Assembly: GCF_009914755.1 (NCBI RefSeq) | Contig: NC_060932.1 | Source of the DNA: the human T2T-CHM13v2.0 reference genome, Homo sapiens | Reading direction: 5' to 3' (one strand) | Length of the DNA stretch: 64,000 nt | In this document: piece after piece, positions 13,086 through 28,060 of the stretch | Numbering within the stretch: position 1 is the stretch's first letter | Layout of the letters: every line of letters starts with the position of its first letter | The notes under the pieces: model-generated | Told to the model about the DNA's origin: nothing | Seen by the model: the letters and a program-made list of their open reading frames with translations, nothing else | The model's database searches: none | Program-made: the position numbers and the translations under genes

Positions 13086-15764
13086 TTTATCAGCATAAAA
13101 AATTGGTAATGGGTGGGAATTTCATATTCTTTAACCAAGAAGCTTCAGAATGAGATTTTCTATAATTTTCCTGTAACCTAGTTATCACCCTAAACCAGCT
13201 AGGTATGTCATAGACAATAATATCTAAAAGACAGGGAGCAAATAGGAAAGTAATTTCCTAGGAACAGTAAATATAGCTATGATATTTCTTCACAGGATAG
13301 GGGTCATCACCCAATAGATGTACCAACTCAATGACATTGAATCTAAATAAAAACAGCTTGCTGGCTCTTTTTGTTGTTGTTCTTTAGATTTTCTTGCCAT
13401 ACGCAGCTTCAAAACAATTACCCAAGCTCCTTTTAGAACCATATTGCTCCCCACACGGGGGATCTGGAGAACCTGTGACTGTTTTCCATCCTTCTCCAAC
13501 TTCTCCACTTAACTTGAGATTGTTTTCCTTTCTGAGTCACAGCTCCATATGGTTTCTGTTTCCTTCCTCTTACATAGCAAGCTGATTACCTGTAATCTTT
13601 TCATTGCTACAGTCTGTACCTTTAACTCTAATTAATCTCACAAATGTATGACAAAGAGAAATTAGTAGAAGCAGTATGGGCGAATATTAGCTTATCCTTA
13701 TTACTAGAGAAGTAAGTCAACACAAATTTCCTAATGGTAAATTGATAACACTGTCTTTGCATGTCATAAACCATGTGAGATAGTTATTCATTAGTTTACT
13801 ACAGTGTGCCTGGACTCAGATAATCCCAAAACACAGTAACGAGTCATAATCTAGCCACCAATTTATATCAGTGCTTTGAAGTTTTTATTCAAACTGCTAA
13901 TTTACATAATGAATAAAAGTAGAAATCACATGTGATCTATTTTTAACAGTCTGTGTTAAAAGTCTTTCCATTGCTATAAGAAACAGTCGATAGAAAAAAA
14001 CATATTATGTCTAAAAAGTTAAAAATCTCCAACCACTTAAATGCTATTAAAATAATCTTATGAATTCTTCTTTATTTCCCCTTCCTTCTTCTTGATGGTT
14101 TTTGTGAGTAATGAAATATATAACATAAGGTGGATTGAAAGGTGCTATATTTCAGATATGTAAGGAGTACTTTATAGTTTAAGAATATAGGAATTTCAAA
14201 AATGTAACTTTTCTAGTAAATTTTATGTACATATTATAAATAATTCTATAATGATCTTCATATATATGATTTTGGTATCAAATTTTACTAAGTACTTGAT
14301 ATAACTTGTATAATACATACTTATCATTAGGATTTGATATTCCTATATATTTATACTATCAGAAACACAATTAAAACATTGTTAGCCAAGGAAAAGGTGA
14401 TACTTCTACATTTTAAAGACAATTTTAGCTATTTCTGTTTAACATACATTTTAAGATAATAATGGGACACAAATTTTAGGGAAATAGTAGAAAATTATTT
14501 TTAAAATGGAATCTCTACCTGAAAAGGCAGACCATAACTGTTGTACAGATATACTATCCACTCAGTGATTAAATAATCAATGACAGAGCATTTTCAGCTG
14601 CAACATTTTATTCTAAGAGTTGGGGGCAGGAAACACATTTTCAGCTACTGACACACAGCCACCCCAAAATCATGACAACATGTTGCCCTTTTTGAAAGAT
14701 GAAATCTTTAAAATTAGAGGACTTTTTAAAGGGTATATTTAATAGATATGCTATACAACTGTTAGAATGGTAAAAAAAAAAAAAAGATAAAACAATTTCT
14801 TACAAAATTAACCACATGCTTGCCATATAACCCAGCAACCTCACTCTTAGGTAATTACCTAAGAAAACTTAAAACCAATATCCACACCAACACCTGTGCT
14901 ATGATGTTGATAATCATTATCATTAAAAACTATAAATATCATTGTGCATTCTGAATATCATTTATATTCATAATCATTAAAAACTGGAAACCACCTGAAT
15001 GTCCTCCAACTGGTAAGTGGATAAACTGATATGATACAGCCAAATGATGGAATACTACTCAGCAATAAAGAGTGGGACCTATTGATTTTAACAATATCAT
15101 GGATGACTCTTAAATATATTTTGTCAACTTAAAGATGCTAGACCCAGGAAGCTACATATTTGACTTCATTTATTTTAGGGATGGAGAGCAATTTGGTGGT
15201 TGCCAAGGTTTGAGGGAGAGGACAATAGTTGACCAAAAGAGGCTGCACAGATGAACTCTGGTGTAATGGGACTGTTTCGCATGCTACTTGGGTGGCAGAA
15301 ATATGACTCTATACATTTCTCGAAGTCCACAGAACTGTGCATCGTGAGTGTGAACTTTAGATATGCAAATAAATTTTCAAAAGGATCAACCTAAGGATCT
15401 CAGGATGGAATGCAGACTGAGAAAGAAATCTAACGTTTTACAAATGTATGTTATAACCTCACTAAAAGTAGTGGGGGGAAAAGTAATTGACCTGAATAAC
15501 TTTAGAAAACATTGTTTTCACTGGAAACTGAAAAGCTAAAAACAAAAGGAACTGTGCATAGCGATACCTTCTGGCAGTTCTGAAACCATGTTATGTGTTT
15601 TGATGTATGTGTATGTTTTAGATCATGGGAGCCAGATTTATCACTATCAGATAAAAGCTAAAATCACTACCAGATAAAAGCTAAAATAAGCAAAGGGGGC
15701 AGTCTAGAATGAATCCTGTGGTGTTGAATTAGAGTTGGAGCCATCAATATGCACAAGATAAAGA

Positions 15765-16104
15765 TTTTCATGCTGCTGATAAAGACATACTTGAGACTGG
15801 GAAGAAAAAGAGGTTTAGTTGGACTTACAGTTCCACATGGCTGGGGAGGCCTCAGAATCATCATGGGAGGTGAAAGGCACTTCTTACATGGCGGCAGCAA
15901 GAGACAATGAGGAAGTAGCAAAGCGGAAACCCCAGATAAACCCATTAGATCTCATGAGACTTATTCACTATCACAAGAATAGCATGGGAAAGACTGGCCC
16001 CCATAATTCAATCACCTCCTCCTGGGTCCTTCCCACAACATGTGAGAATTCTGGAAGCTACAATTCAAGTTGAGATTTGGTGGGGACACAGCCAAACCAT
16101 ATCA
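15765..16104 (-). mobile_element. THE1C-like MaLR solo LTR
   Basis: ttttcatgctgctgataaagacatac...gggaagaaaaagagg...ggggacacagccaaaccatatca (reverse complement of tgatatggtttggctgtgtcccc). Confidence 0.92.
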
Positions 16105-16531
16105 GATATGGATACATAAAAGTATAGATATGTGTGTATACATCGTTTAGTACAGATACATCTATTTCCTAGGTCTGTCTACCAAGAGGGCCAAGAAGCA
16201 ATGATACACTATTGGTAAAGAGCAGACCCAATGCCTAGATTGTACTTTCTAAATACCACTCTCCAATAAAAGGACTCAGCATTCTTTGGGAAAATGGCTA
16301 ATTCTAGGGCTGGGCAGGGGAGATACAAGACAGACCTTGAGTGTCTTCTAGTGTCAAAAAATGAGGAAGTGCTCAAAAAAAGAAAAGAATGGGGCATGTC
16401 ACAGGGGCACAGGAGCCAACCTAAATGAGTTCCCAATGGTCAAGACTGGAACCATTTGAGCAGCAAAATAAATAGAATAGTGCTAGTTTACAACCCAAAG
16501 CATAAAACAAATGTCCATGAGTTCCTACTTA

Positions 16532-16582
16532 TATAAATAAATACATACATACATACATAAATACATAAATACATAAATAAAT
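16532..16582. repeat. (TAAA/TACA)n microsatellite
   Basis: ataaataaatacatacatacatacataaatacataaatacataaataaata. Confidence 0.9.
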
Positions 16583-17137
16583 AGAGGGAGAACAGATAAA
16601 TCTTCCACTTTGAACAATTCCAAATACTATATGTAGATATAACCCCCTCCAGGAGGTGGAGCTTAATTCCACTGTGCTGGAAAGTGGGTCATATTTAGTG
16701 TCTCACTTCCAAAGAGTAGTGTTTGGAAAGGGAGAAAGAGTAACTTTACAGTAGAGAAACCTGACACACACCGCCTGAGCCAAGTGATCAAAGTTAACAT
16801 TGCTGGTGATACGGGACATTCATCTCATGTACCCCCTGATAGGATGTGGGGAGGAGGGTGCCTCATGTTTGTGACAGTGTTCCCCAAACACATAGTCCTA
16901 GTCTAATTATGAGAAAAAAAATTATGAAACAAAGACTGAAGGACATTCTACAAAATACTTGACAAATATTATTAAAACTGTCAAGGTAATACAAAAATAA
17001 GGAAAGACTGAGAAACTGTCACAGACCAGAGGAGACTAAGGGGACATGACAACTAAATGCAGTATGGTTCCCTGGAATGGACCCTCAGACAGTAAGGAGA
17101 CAGTGGAAAAACTGGTGAATAATGTCTGTAGTTTTTA

Positions 17138-17215
17138 TTAGGTTGGTGCAAAAGTAATTGTGCTTTTTGCCATTACTTTTAATGGTAAAAACCGCTATTA
17201 CTTTTGCACCAATAA
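17138..17215. mobile_element. MADE1 (Hsmar1 MITE)
   Basis: ta-ttaggttggtgcaaaagtaattg...attacttttgcaccaataa-ta; about 80-bp palindrome with TA TSD. Confidence 0.95.
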
Positions 17216-17384
17216 TAGTAATATGCCAAGGTTAATGTCTTAGTTTTGACAAATATACCATGGTTATGTAAAGTGTTAATGTTAGGAGAAACTAGATGAA
17301 GGGTACACAGAAACTCTCTATACTGTATTTGAAACAGTTCTTTAAATCTAAAATTATTTAAAAATAAAATTTTATTTAAAAACA

Positions 17385-17690
17385 AATGAATGCTGTGTAT
17401 GTATAATGACTTGGAACAATTCCAAGATATATTATTAAGTGCAAGGAAAAACCCCCAGCAATTTGCAGACCAATATGTATAATATGCTACTATTTATATT
17501 AAAATATGTATGTGTAAATTATTCATATTGCATTGAGTATCCTGGAAAGTTTGTCCAAAAACTTGGTGATACTGATTGCCTTGAGGTTTTCTGGGAAGAA
17601 GAGTGGCAAGGAGATTTACTTGGATATCTTGCACTTTGTTGCACCATTTAAGTTTTGGTACTTGTGCATGCATTTCTTATTGAAAAAATA
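17385..17690 (+). mobile_element. L1ME 3' fragment
   Basis: ccaagatatattattaagtg...tgtataatatgctac...tggtgatactgattgcc. Confidence 0.6.
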
Positions 17691-18256
17691 AACTAATGAT
17701 ATGTATATAAATTTTAAAGCCCAGCTAATCTCTTAGGGCTTAAGGGTAGTAAGTAAACCCTAGGAAGGTGGGGTAAGGCTGAGGAGAGGAAGGTCACACC
17801 TTTGAATCTTAAATAACAACTATAGCGTACATGGGTCGGAAGGAGCCTTACTTTTTTACTGAATAAACTTTTCTATCTTCTGATTTAAAAAATACAATTA
17901 ACTTTTTAAAAAGCTCAGTTAGTGGTGGCATTCTAGTCATACTTCTCTGAAGAGATTTTTTTCTAAATCTTTATTACTTATAGTCTCCGTGGGATTTTTT
18001 AAGAGTTCAGCAGAAGATGATTATACTCTTGGGAATTTTGACGAAATAAATAAAGTATTGATTAGTTCCTGTTTGGGGATTTAAATCTACAGATTTCTTT
18101 TTTCTGCCCTTGAAAAAAATCTAGCTAATAAGGTTTTACCTCAACTTTTTTTTCCCCATAAATCAACAATTTCTTTTAAAAGTCAACATGACCCAAGTAG
18201 GAGAATGTTTTAATATGTTCAACTTGGCCTTATAAGTTAGATATCGAGTTGTACCT

Positions 18257-18636
18257 TGCATTAGTTTTTTGCAGCTGCCACAACAAAGTACAACAGAGTG
18301 ACTTAAACAACAAAAATGTATTGTCTCACAGTTCTGGAGACCACAAGCCAAAATCAAGATGTCTGTAAGGTTGGATCCTTCTGAAGGCTGAGGCAGAATC
18401 TCTTTAAGCTCCTTTTCCTAGCTTCCAGCAGTTTGCTGGCAATCTCTGGCATTCTGTGCCTTGTAGATTAATCACTCCGATCTCTGCCTTCTCCTTCACA
18501 TGGCCTTCTCTGTGTGTGTGTGTCTGTGTCCAAATTCTGCTTTTATAAGGACACCAGTCATATTGGATTAGGGCTTACCTAATGAACTAATTTTAACTTG
18601 GTTCCCTCTGTAAAGATCCTATTTCCAAATAAAGTT
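18257..18636 (-). mobile_element. MLT1C-like MaLR LTR, 5' end missing
   Basis: ttaaacaacaaaaatgtattgtctcacagttctggag...tttgctggcaatc...ataaggacaccagtcatattggattagggc...ctatttccaaataaag. Confidence 0.88.
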
Positions 18637-18695
18637 TGTATCACTAATTCTCTTCATTGGCTGAGCTGTGGTCTAGACTGTCAGTAATTGCATTT

Positions 18696-18887
18696 CCGTG
18701 GTCTTCCTTTATTCTTAAACTTAGCTGTACATCAGAGTCACCTGGGGAACTTTGAAAAATACTGATGCAGCAGTCTCACTCTTTAGAGATTTAGATTTAT
18801 TTGGTACAGAGTGCAGCCTGGGCATCAGAGTGTTTAAAAGCATTTTCCCAGATGATTCCTGTTTGCAACAGGATTGAGAGCTGCTGC
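18696..18887. mobile_element. MER5 (hAT-Charlie)
   Basis: ttcttaaacttagctgtacatcagagtcacctgggg...ttcccagatgattcc...ggattgagagctgctg. Confidence 0.8.
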
Positions 18888-20171
18888 TGCAAGCCCCATG
18901 CACTCAAGGAGAAAGAACGAGTCAGTTGCCACATGAGCATATTCTGCCTTGGGCAAGGAATGGGAAATGAGTGAGTCAGTGATCACAACCCTTTCTATTT
19001 TTGAATACTGAATAGGTATAAAACTAATTAGCCTCTTTTCCTTCTGGTGTGTGTAAGGTTCAAGCACACAGGAATATTAAGGGAAATTAAATGGCTCTCA
19101 GCAAATTTAGTTGGTCCAGATGCCTTCTTTAACTCTACTATCTTTAAGTTTCCCTCTTCCCTTCTTGGGAATGTGTTCAAGGGGGTTTGAGTAGCAGCAA
19201 TTGCTCAGGTGCCACCCACCCCACCTCTGGTGAATCAGTTAGTTTTCATTCATCAGGGCCTACGCTTGAAATAATACAGACATCTGAGAGTATAAACATA
19301 GCTATTTGCTATTCTTCTTTCTGCTGATAAATCACTGCTTCACTCACTGAGTCTTATTGTTCTCTAAAAATAATCCTTTCACATGCACATCTGGGGATTT
19401 TTTTCTCATCTTCCCTAAAATTTCTGTTTAATCCCTCCCCAACAAAGTCATCTCAACCAAATTGGAATACTAAATCTTTTACTTTTTCACTACTGTCTTT
19501 ATTTATTTGTACTTTCCATAATGATTTTGGTGCCCAAAAGGCCACTTGAAAATACTGAAATGTTGTGAAGTTTAAGTGGAAGTAACTACCACTTAGACAC
19601 TAAGCCTACTAAATGATCTGAGTTACATTTCCCCATCTCTGACACAGACACATTAATTCCATAATTGTCCCAGTGCACTTCATTGTGTTCTTGTCAGGAT
19701 TAGAAGAATAAAGATAGTAAAAAGGACTTGGGAAATATAAAATACTCTATTTTCTCAGTTTTATTGTATTCAGTGATACAGCTGTGACAATAGCAATCCT
19801 AGCATTTCATCATCACTATTTGATTGAGCTCCCAGCTGTTTACCTGGCCAGGAGCAATCAAAATAGAAATGAGTTCTTATAGCTTGTTTTGGATTTTATA
19901 GTCTGATGCTAGCTACCTCATCCAATATATTATATTTTGAAGCTCATTACAAAAAAATGGGTGCTACAGTGATGGATGTGAATAGTTAACAAATATCATT
20001 TGGAATAGAATTTCACTATCCCCAAAGAACCCTCTCTGAAGTATTATATGTGACATTCAGACTGTGATTAGAAACCCTCTTTTGACAAGAATAACCCAGA
20101 GTCATACAGGGATGGGATTCTAGGAAATGTAATTCCCACTTTAACCAAACAGATGTAACACAATCTAGCTT

Positions 20172-20335
20172 AAACAGGTGCTACTATCATCTGTGTTTTA
20201 CAAATGAGAGGCAGGGCACAAAGAAGTCAAGTAAATTACTCAAGGCCACACAGCTAATTAGTGGTAAAGTCAGGTTTGAACTCAGACAGTCTGATTCCAG
20301 ATTGCAAGCTTCTTACCCCTGAGTTTTGCTGTCTC
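20172..20335 (-). mobile_element. MIR
   Basis: ttttacaaatgag...aagtaaattactcaaggccacacagctaattagtgg...tttgaactcagacagtctgattccag. Confidence 0.85.
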
Positions 20336-21509
20336 TATGATAAGATAAAGGGTTCTGTAGAAAATCTCAGTGCATTTTTCCTTGCATCAAGAATCCTTGT
20401 TTCTGATTAATTAAAGAAAACTTATCATCAGGCTGTTATATAAAGCAATTATATGTGTTGTGGCCCTTCTGTTCTACTTTTTGTTAATAACCCTAACTTA
20501 TTTTCATTTTTTCACAGAAATTATTTGTGTTTTGCCCTTTCAAAATTCACTTTTTTTCCTGAATCATTTCTTGATTATAAGCCTTCCAACTATTTTGATT
20601 GTTGTTTCACTATGTGACTCTTAGCAGTTGCATGTGTTGCACTAGTTTAATGATCGTTCAGGTTTATGTTCTTTGTATATATTCTGACATCATTAAAGTG
20701 TTCATGCTCCATATTTCCAAGCATACTGCAACATCCTTAAGTCAGGAGTATTCTTTATATCACCACCAAGCAGTGCATAGTAGATGCTCAAAAGTATTTT
20801 TTGTTAAATGACAAATCTTCCTGTAGCAAATCAACTCCATTGGGTTTTGTTATTCTGGTTTAATGTCTACCCTCCTAAAAATACTCCCAAAAGAGGATGA
20901 AACACAATGAATATTTTTAGACTGGAAGATTCCCAGGATTTTCCAACACTAGTAAAATTATTCCTTCCAATCAGTTTCCTCTTTTTTCAAAGGTATTAAA
21001 ATGCTGATAATAATATTTTTAAACTTTTATTTTTTAATTAACATAAATTGGTCTTATATTATGATTTTATAGCTAGAGTTGGCAGATTACTTGTGACTGA
21101 AATACTGAATTATAACATCCAATTTAGACTGGGAAAATAAATAAGACTTAAATTTGTTGTGTTATAAAATGAAATGTCTGTATTAAGTATCTCCATAATG
21201 AGATTTCATTCTGAATCACACTTAGAGACAGAGTATCTAATTGCAATCTGTAAATAAAACATGCTCCAAAATATCACAATTCTGCTGGGTAGATTATGAC
21301 AGATAGATACAACTAGGTATGTGTTTTGGAGGAGTAAATTATTATTTTTACTTTTTAATTTAGTCAACATGGTTTATTAGCTGCTACTCAAAAATTTCAG
21401 TCTGTTAGTACATATTATGGTGAAGAGTAAGTTGAAGAAAATGGAGAATTAAAGACAAATGAAAAGTAAAACATTTCCAAAGAGAGTTTTGTTTGAAACT
21501 ACATGACAA

Positions 21510-23544
<2,035 letters not shown>

Positions 23545-23559
23545 GGGGTCCTGATTCTT

Positions 23560-25605
23560 TAAAGTGGCTCAAGTCTGGGAATTGATTGAGGGAATATGAC
23601 TCTGTTTTTATGATTCAGGTTAGGCTTTTGTTCACTTGACCAAGACTTTTCTGCTTATACCAATGAAGTAAGAATTTAGTAGGCTTCCTATTTCTTTTCT
23701 TCGAGAAACATCATGATCAACTAGCTAATACCACAGGTCTACAAGACTCAGCGTATTCTGATTGCTGCTTTGGCACTTCTGTCCATCAGGGAAACCCTGC
23801 CCACCTTGCCTGTGACAGTTGAGTGCTGCCACTTGGCCTCTGCCACACTGCAGTTCAGTTATTCCCATTGAATTAAGTTTTCCCAAATCAATGGGTGTAG
23901 TTCCCACAGTAAGGTCTGGTCTACAGAGAAGAGCAATTGTGGAGCTCTTCAAGAATGATGGGGCCTCCCACACAAATTTATTTCTCATGCTTGTGGTAAA
24001 ATGTATATCTTCTGGATTCTACCAGTTTAGATAGGTAGATCACAAATAACAAGCCTACCCTAACATTCCAATCTCCTTGAGCCTTTGAATTTTTTCCTCT
24101 GTAATAAACCAAGTCAGGTCTGGCATTTCCAACTTGTTCACTGTTGACCACCTTTTGGTTCATGTTTCAGCCATCCAAATAAACTGCTGGAGTCTAGATC
24201 AATAAGTTTGGCCTTTTCCAACTTTATGTTCCTTTCACCATTATCCCACACCCTTAGTATCCATTCCCACACATGTTCCCTGGATTTTTGTCTGTGTACA
24301 TTAGAAAACTCAAATATTTCTTTTGGAATGTAGCACAGCTCTTCATGGGTCACACTTTGAACCTCACCTTTAGGGGCCTGTTGGGTCTTAAATCTTGTTA
24401 TAGATCTGCAAACAAAGAGATGTGAGAGGGGGAGGTTCTAAGGAGATCTAGCATTGTCTTGCATGTGAGGCCTCAGGGGATACCATTTCAGTTTCTTCAG
24501 GCAATGCAGGGTTAATCCCCTCAGACAAAGTGGTATAGGGTTTTCAGACGGGGGTGGAAAGCCCTCTACCACTTGAGGTTGTTGGGGGACAAATCAATTC
24601 ACCTGGGGGTAGGGATGCTGCTACCACTGGGTGTGGAGATGCTGGGAGTAAGGAAGCCACTTCTGCTGGGAGTGGGGAGGCCACTTCTGCTGCATGGAGA
24701 AGCTTCTTCTACTGAACAGGGGGAGACTTCTTCTATGGGTAAAGAAGACTTACCAGAATGTAGGGCCTCAATGTCCCCAACTTCATCAGAGTTTTCCTAC
24801 ATATCTCCATCCCAACTTACAGGATCCCATTGTTTTTTCAACTAATACCCTCATTTTAACAGTAGAGAACCTGTGAGACTAGGAGTTCAACTTGTGTTAT
24901 AATTCAGCCAGCTGCAAGATGAGATTCTGCATTTGATTTTTGTCAATCTTAGCCCTATGGCTACAGGAGTAACAGGTTTCCTTCAGAACACACATAGAAG
25001 ACGTTAGGTCATTTCTACCACATAAAAACTGGGAATTGGAACCTCTTAGCTCATTCTTTTTTTTTTTCACCACTTTGTCCAGAAACATTAGGAGTGAACA
25101 GCCAAACTTACTATGTTTGTTACTTTTCCAAAAGTATCAGAAGGTATTATATGCAGTCGCTCAGCTCCTTGCTTATTTTTTTTTTTGAGACAGAGTCTCA
25201 CTCTGTTGCCCAGGCTGGAGTGCAATGGCACAATCTTGGCTCACTGCAAGCTCCACCTCCCAGGTTCATGCCTTTGTCCTGCCTCAGCCTCCTGAGTAGC
25301 TGGGACTACAGGTTCCCACCACCACGCTTGGCTAATTTTTTGTATTTTTAGTAGAGACGGGGTTTCACCACGTTAACCTGGATGGTCTCGATCACCTGAC
25401 CTAGGGATCCACCCGCGTCAGCCTCCCAAAGTGCTGGGATTGCTCCTTGGTTCTTATAAGTGATGGATTGAGTTTCCAATGCAAATATTTGTGTATTTCT
25501 GTTGCCAGATCAAACATGTAGTATCAGTGCTTTCTTCACTTCTGAAGAGGAAGTCATTAAAATATTTACCTCAAATCAGATTAGAGAGCCAATTCAGAAA
25601 CCACA
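23560..25605 (-). pseudogene. ERV-L gag pseudogene
   Basis: ORFs 24897-25088, 24138-24353 and 23725-23988 (MRNKFVWEAPSFLKSSTIALLCRPDLTVG) resemble ERV-L Gag. Confidence 0.85.
25176..25441 (-). mobile_element. AluY-like, 5'-truncated, nested in ERV-L gag
   Basis: actgcaagctccacctcc...ggatggtctcgatc; TSD gctccttg at 25164 and 25442. Confidence 0.93.
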
Positions 25606-25627
25606 TATATATATATATATATATATA

Positions 25628-25683
<56 letters not shown>
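25605..25683. repeat. Compound (TA)n(TG)n microsatellite
   Basis: About 12 AT units followed by about 26 TG units. Confidence 0.97.
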
Positions 25684-25685
<2 letters not shown>

Positions 25686-25686
<1 letters not shown>

Positions 25687-25840
25687 GGCTCATGTGATTA
25701 TGGAGGCTGGAAAGTCCTACAATCTGCCATCCACAAGGTGCAAATCCAGGAAAGCTGGTGGCATAGTTCAAAGGCCTAAGAACTAGAGAGCTGATGGTAT
25801 AGATTCCAGTCCAAGTCTGAAGACCTGATAACTGGGAGCA
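25686..25840 (-). mobile_element. MLT2 (B/C-like) 5' LTR remnant of the ERV-L
   Basis: ggctcatgtgattatggaggctggaaagtcc...ccaggaaagctggtggc...ccaagtctgaagacctg. Confidence 0.85.
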
Positions 25841-25844
25841 TAAT

Positions 25845-26365
25845 CATTCACTCCTTTCTTTATCTCTTCTGTGAAAGGTGAATTTGAAACTTGTCCCATC
25901 AAGAAATGAAGTCTGATTCCCCTTCCCTTGAATAGGGGCAGACTTTGTGATTTGCTTCAGCCCACAAAATCCAGCAGAAATAACTTTGTGCAAGTTCAGA
26001 GCCTAGCCCACCAGAGTTGTTACATGCTTCTACTCTTTTGGAACCCTATCCAGCCACCATGTGAACAATCATAGGCTAACTTGCTAGAGGATGAGAGAGT
26101 ATATCAGCCAGAATTGAGTCAACCCAGGTATCCCAGCCATGATGATGTAACAGAGTATAGCAAAGATCAACAAAACCAACTTGCAACTGACTACAGATGA
26201 TGAAGGAGGCCAATTTAGACAAACAAACAAACAAAAACCCAAAACCACCAAGATGAGTTCAGCCGAAATTGTTTATCCACAGAATAATAAGCTAAGTAAG
26301 TGGTTATTGCTTTAAACCACTAAGTTTTGGGTTGTTTTGTTATGCAGTGATAGATAACTGATACA
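25845..26365 (+). mobile_element. MLT1G-like MaLR LTR
   Basis: cccatcaagaaatgaagtc...gccaccatgtgaacaa...; 3' end ccactaagttttgggttgttttgttatgcagtgatagataactgataca. Confidence 0.8.
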
Positions 26366-26764
26366 CCAAAGGAGTTCTTTAACAGAACAAAAGACTAATC
26401 AACATTATATTAAATAACTCTATCTTATATACTGTATATAATTAACTCTAAAAAGCATGAATAGTCTGAAATCATTCTCTTATTCCTCCAAAGAAACTAA
26501 TAAGCATCTGCAGGCTGTGTGGCTAGAACATACTTGGGATTCTCCTGTCTGTATCTTACCCCGACCTAATCTTGTCATAGGGTGGCTTGGCTTACTGTTT
26601 GCTTTTGCATTTGTATGAGTACCTGGAGCACAGTCTGTACTCATTGATCCCCAAAATGGCTGTTACTTCTGGCCCTCTAATATAACTGCTGAGTTGATTC
26701 AGAAACATGTAAATTAAAAGTTGACTTAATAGAAGTTCACTTATTTTTTAATTAAAAAATTAAG

Positions 26765-27530
26765 ATGTAATACCCATTCTCTGTTTTACTTATTCATATA
26801 TATATATAACTATGTTTTGAAAAGTGCCTGTCTCCCTGCAAATACCTGCACACTGACACTTATAGCAGCTTTCTTCATAGTTGCCAAAACTATGTCCTTT
26901 CAGTAGATGAAGCAATGAAAAACTGGTGCATTCAGACAATGGAATATTACTCAGTGCTGAAAAGAAATGAGCTATCAAGCCATGAACAGTTATTAAGAAA
27001 TCTTAAATGCATATTACTAAATGAAAGAAGCTAATCCAAAAAGGCTACATACTGTATGATTTCAACTACATGACACTCTGGAGAAGGCAAAATTATGGAG
27101 ACAATAAAAAGATCAGCAGTTGCCAGGGATTACTCAGGAGAGAGGGATGAATAGGTAGAGTACAGAGGATTTTTAAGGGCAGTAAAACTACTCTGAATGA
27201 TACTATAATGGTGGATACCTGTCATTATACATGTGTCAGAACTCTAGAATGTATATCAAGAGTAAATCCTCATGGAAACTATGGGCTTTGGGTGATAATA
27301 GCACGTCCATATAAATTTATCACTTGTAACAATGTACTATTAGTTTGGTGCAAAAGTAATTGCGGTTCTTGCTGTTAAAAGTAATAGCAAAACTGCAATT
27401 ACTTCTGCACTAACTAAATACTCTGGCTGTGCGAGAGTGGGAGCAGGGGGTATATGAAAACTCTGTAGTTTCTACTCAGAGTTGCTGTTACCCTAAAAAT
27501 TCTCTAAAATATAAAGACTATTACTAAAAG
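26765..27530 (+). mobile_element. L1MC1/2-like 3' end
   Basis: cagacaatggaatattactcagtgctgaaaagaaatgagctatcaagccatg...aaaaggctacatactgtatgatt. Confidence 0.88.
27340..27418. mobile_element. MADE1 (Hsmar1 MITE)
   Basis: ta-ttagtttggtgcaaaagtaattgcgg...ctgcaattacttctgcactaactaaa-ta. Confidence 0.95.
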
Positions 27531-27934
27531 TATCTGGACTATGGATTATGTATTAAACTAAATGTTTCCCTCTCTTTTTTTGTGGAAACATTTCAGAATT
27601 GTTGAAGTATATTAATGTATACTTATGTATGTACATCTGTGACAGGCTAACACATGACAAGATTTAAATCTTTGAAACTGATACTATCTTGAGCTACTTA
27701 ATTCACCATCAGTGTAATAATGCTGGGATTTGTCTGAAGGGTGAGTGAGTTCTCCTTTGAATCTGATTGATTTTCCCCAGAGGGGCATTAGAATTCAGAA
27801 TGCATTTCTAATCAGTTTGCTGTACCTAACTTATTAGAATTGCTGTTTGATTAGTGCCCACTGCAAATCAATATAACATGAAGGGTGTCCATTTTAATAA
27901 GCAGAAAGACTACTCTAAGAAACAGATTTATCAA

Positions 27935-28060
27935 AGAATTTCTTAATCTGAAGTGCCAGTTGAGGTCATCTACTAATTGAATACCTTCATTTTATAGACA
28001 CAGGCACTGAAATTCTCAAGAGTTAAACAGTTTCCCCAAGATCACATAGCTGGGTAATGA
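27935..28060 (-). mobile_element. MIR (MIR3/MIRc-like)
   Basis: gaggtcatctac...cttcattttatagac...ccccaagatcacatagctgggtaatg. Confidence 0.7.

Larger units (their letters stand above)
14745..17382 (+). mobile_element. L1MC3/L1MD-like 3' end with long UTR, interrupted by THE1C and MADE1
   Basis: ccatataacccagcaacctcactcttagg...ggatggaatgcagactg...; ends gggtacacagaaactctctatactg...tctaaaattatttaaaaataaaa. Confidence 0.85.
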
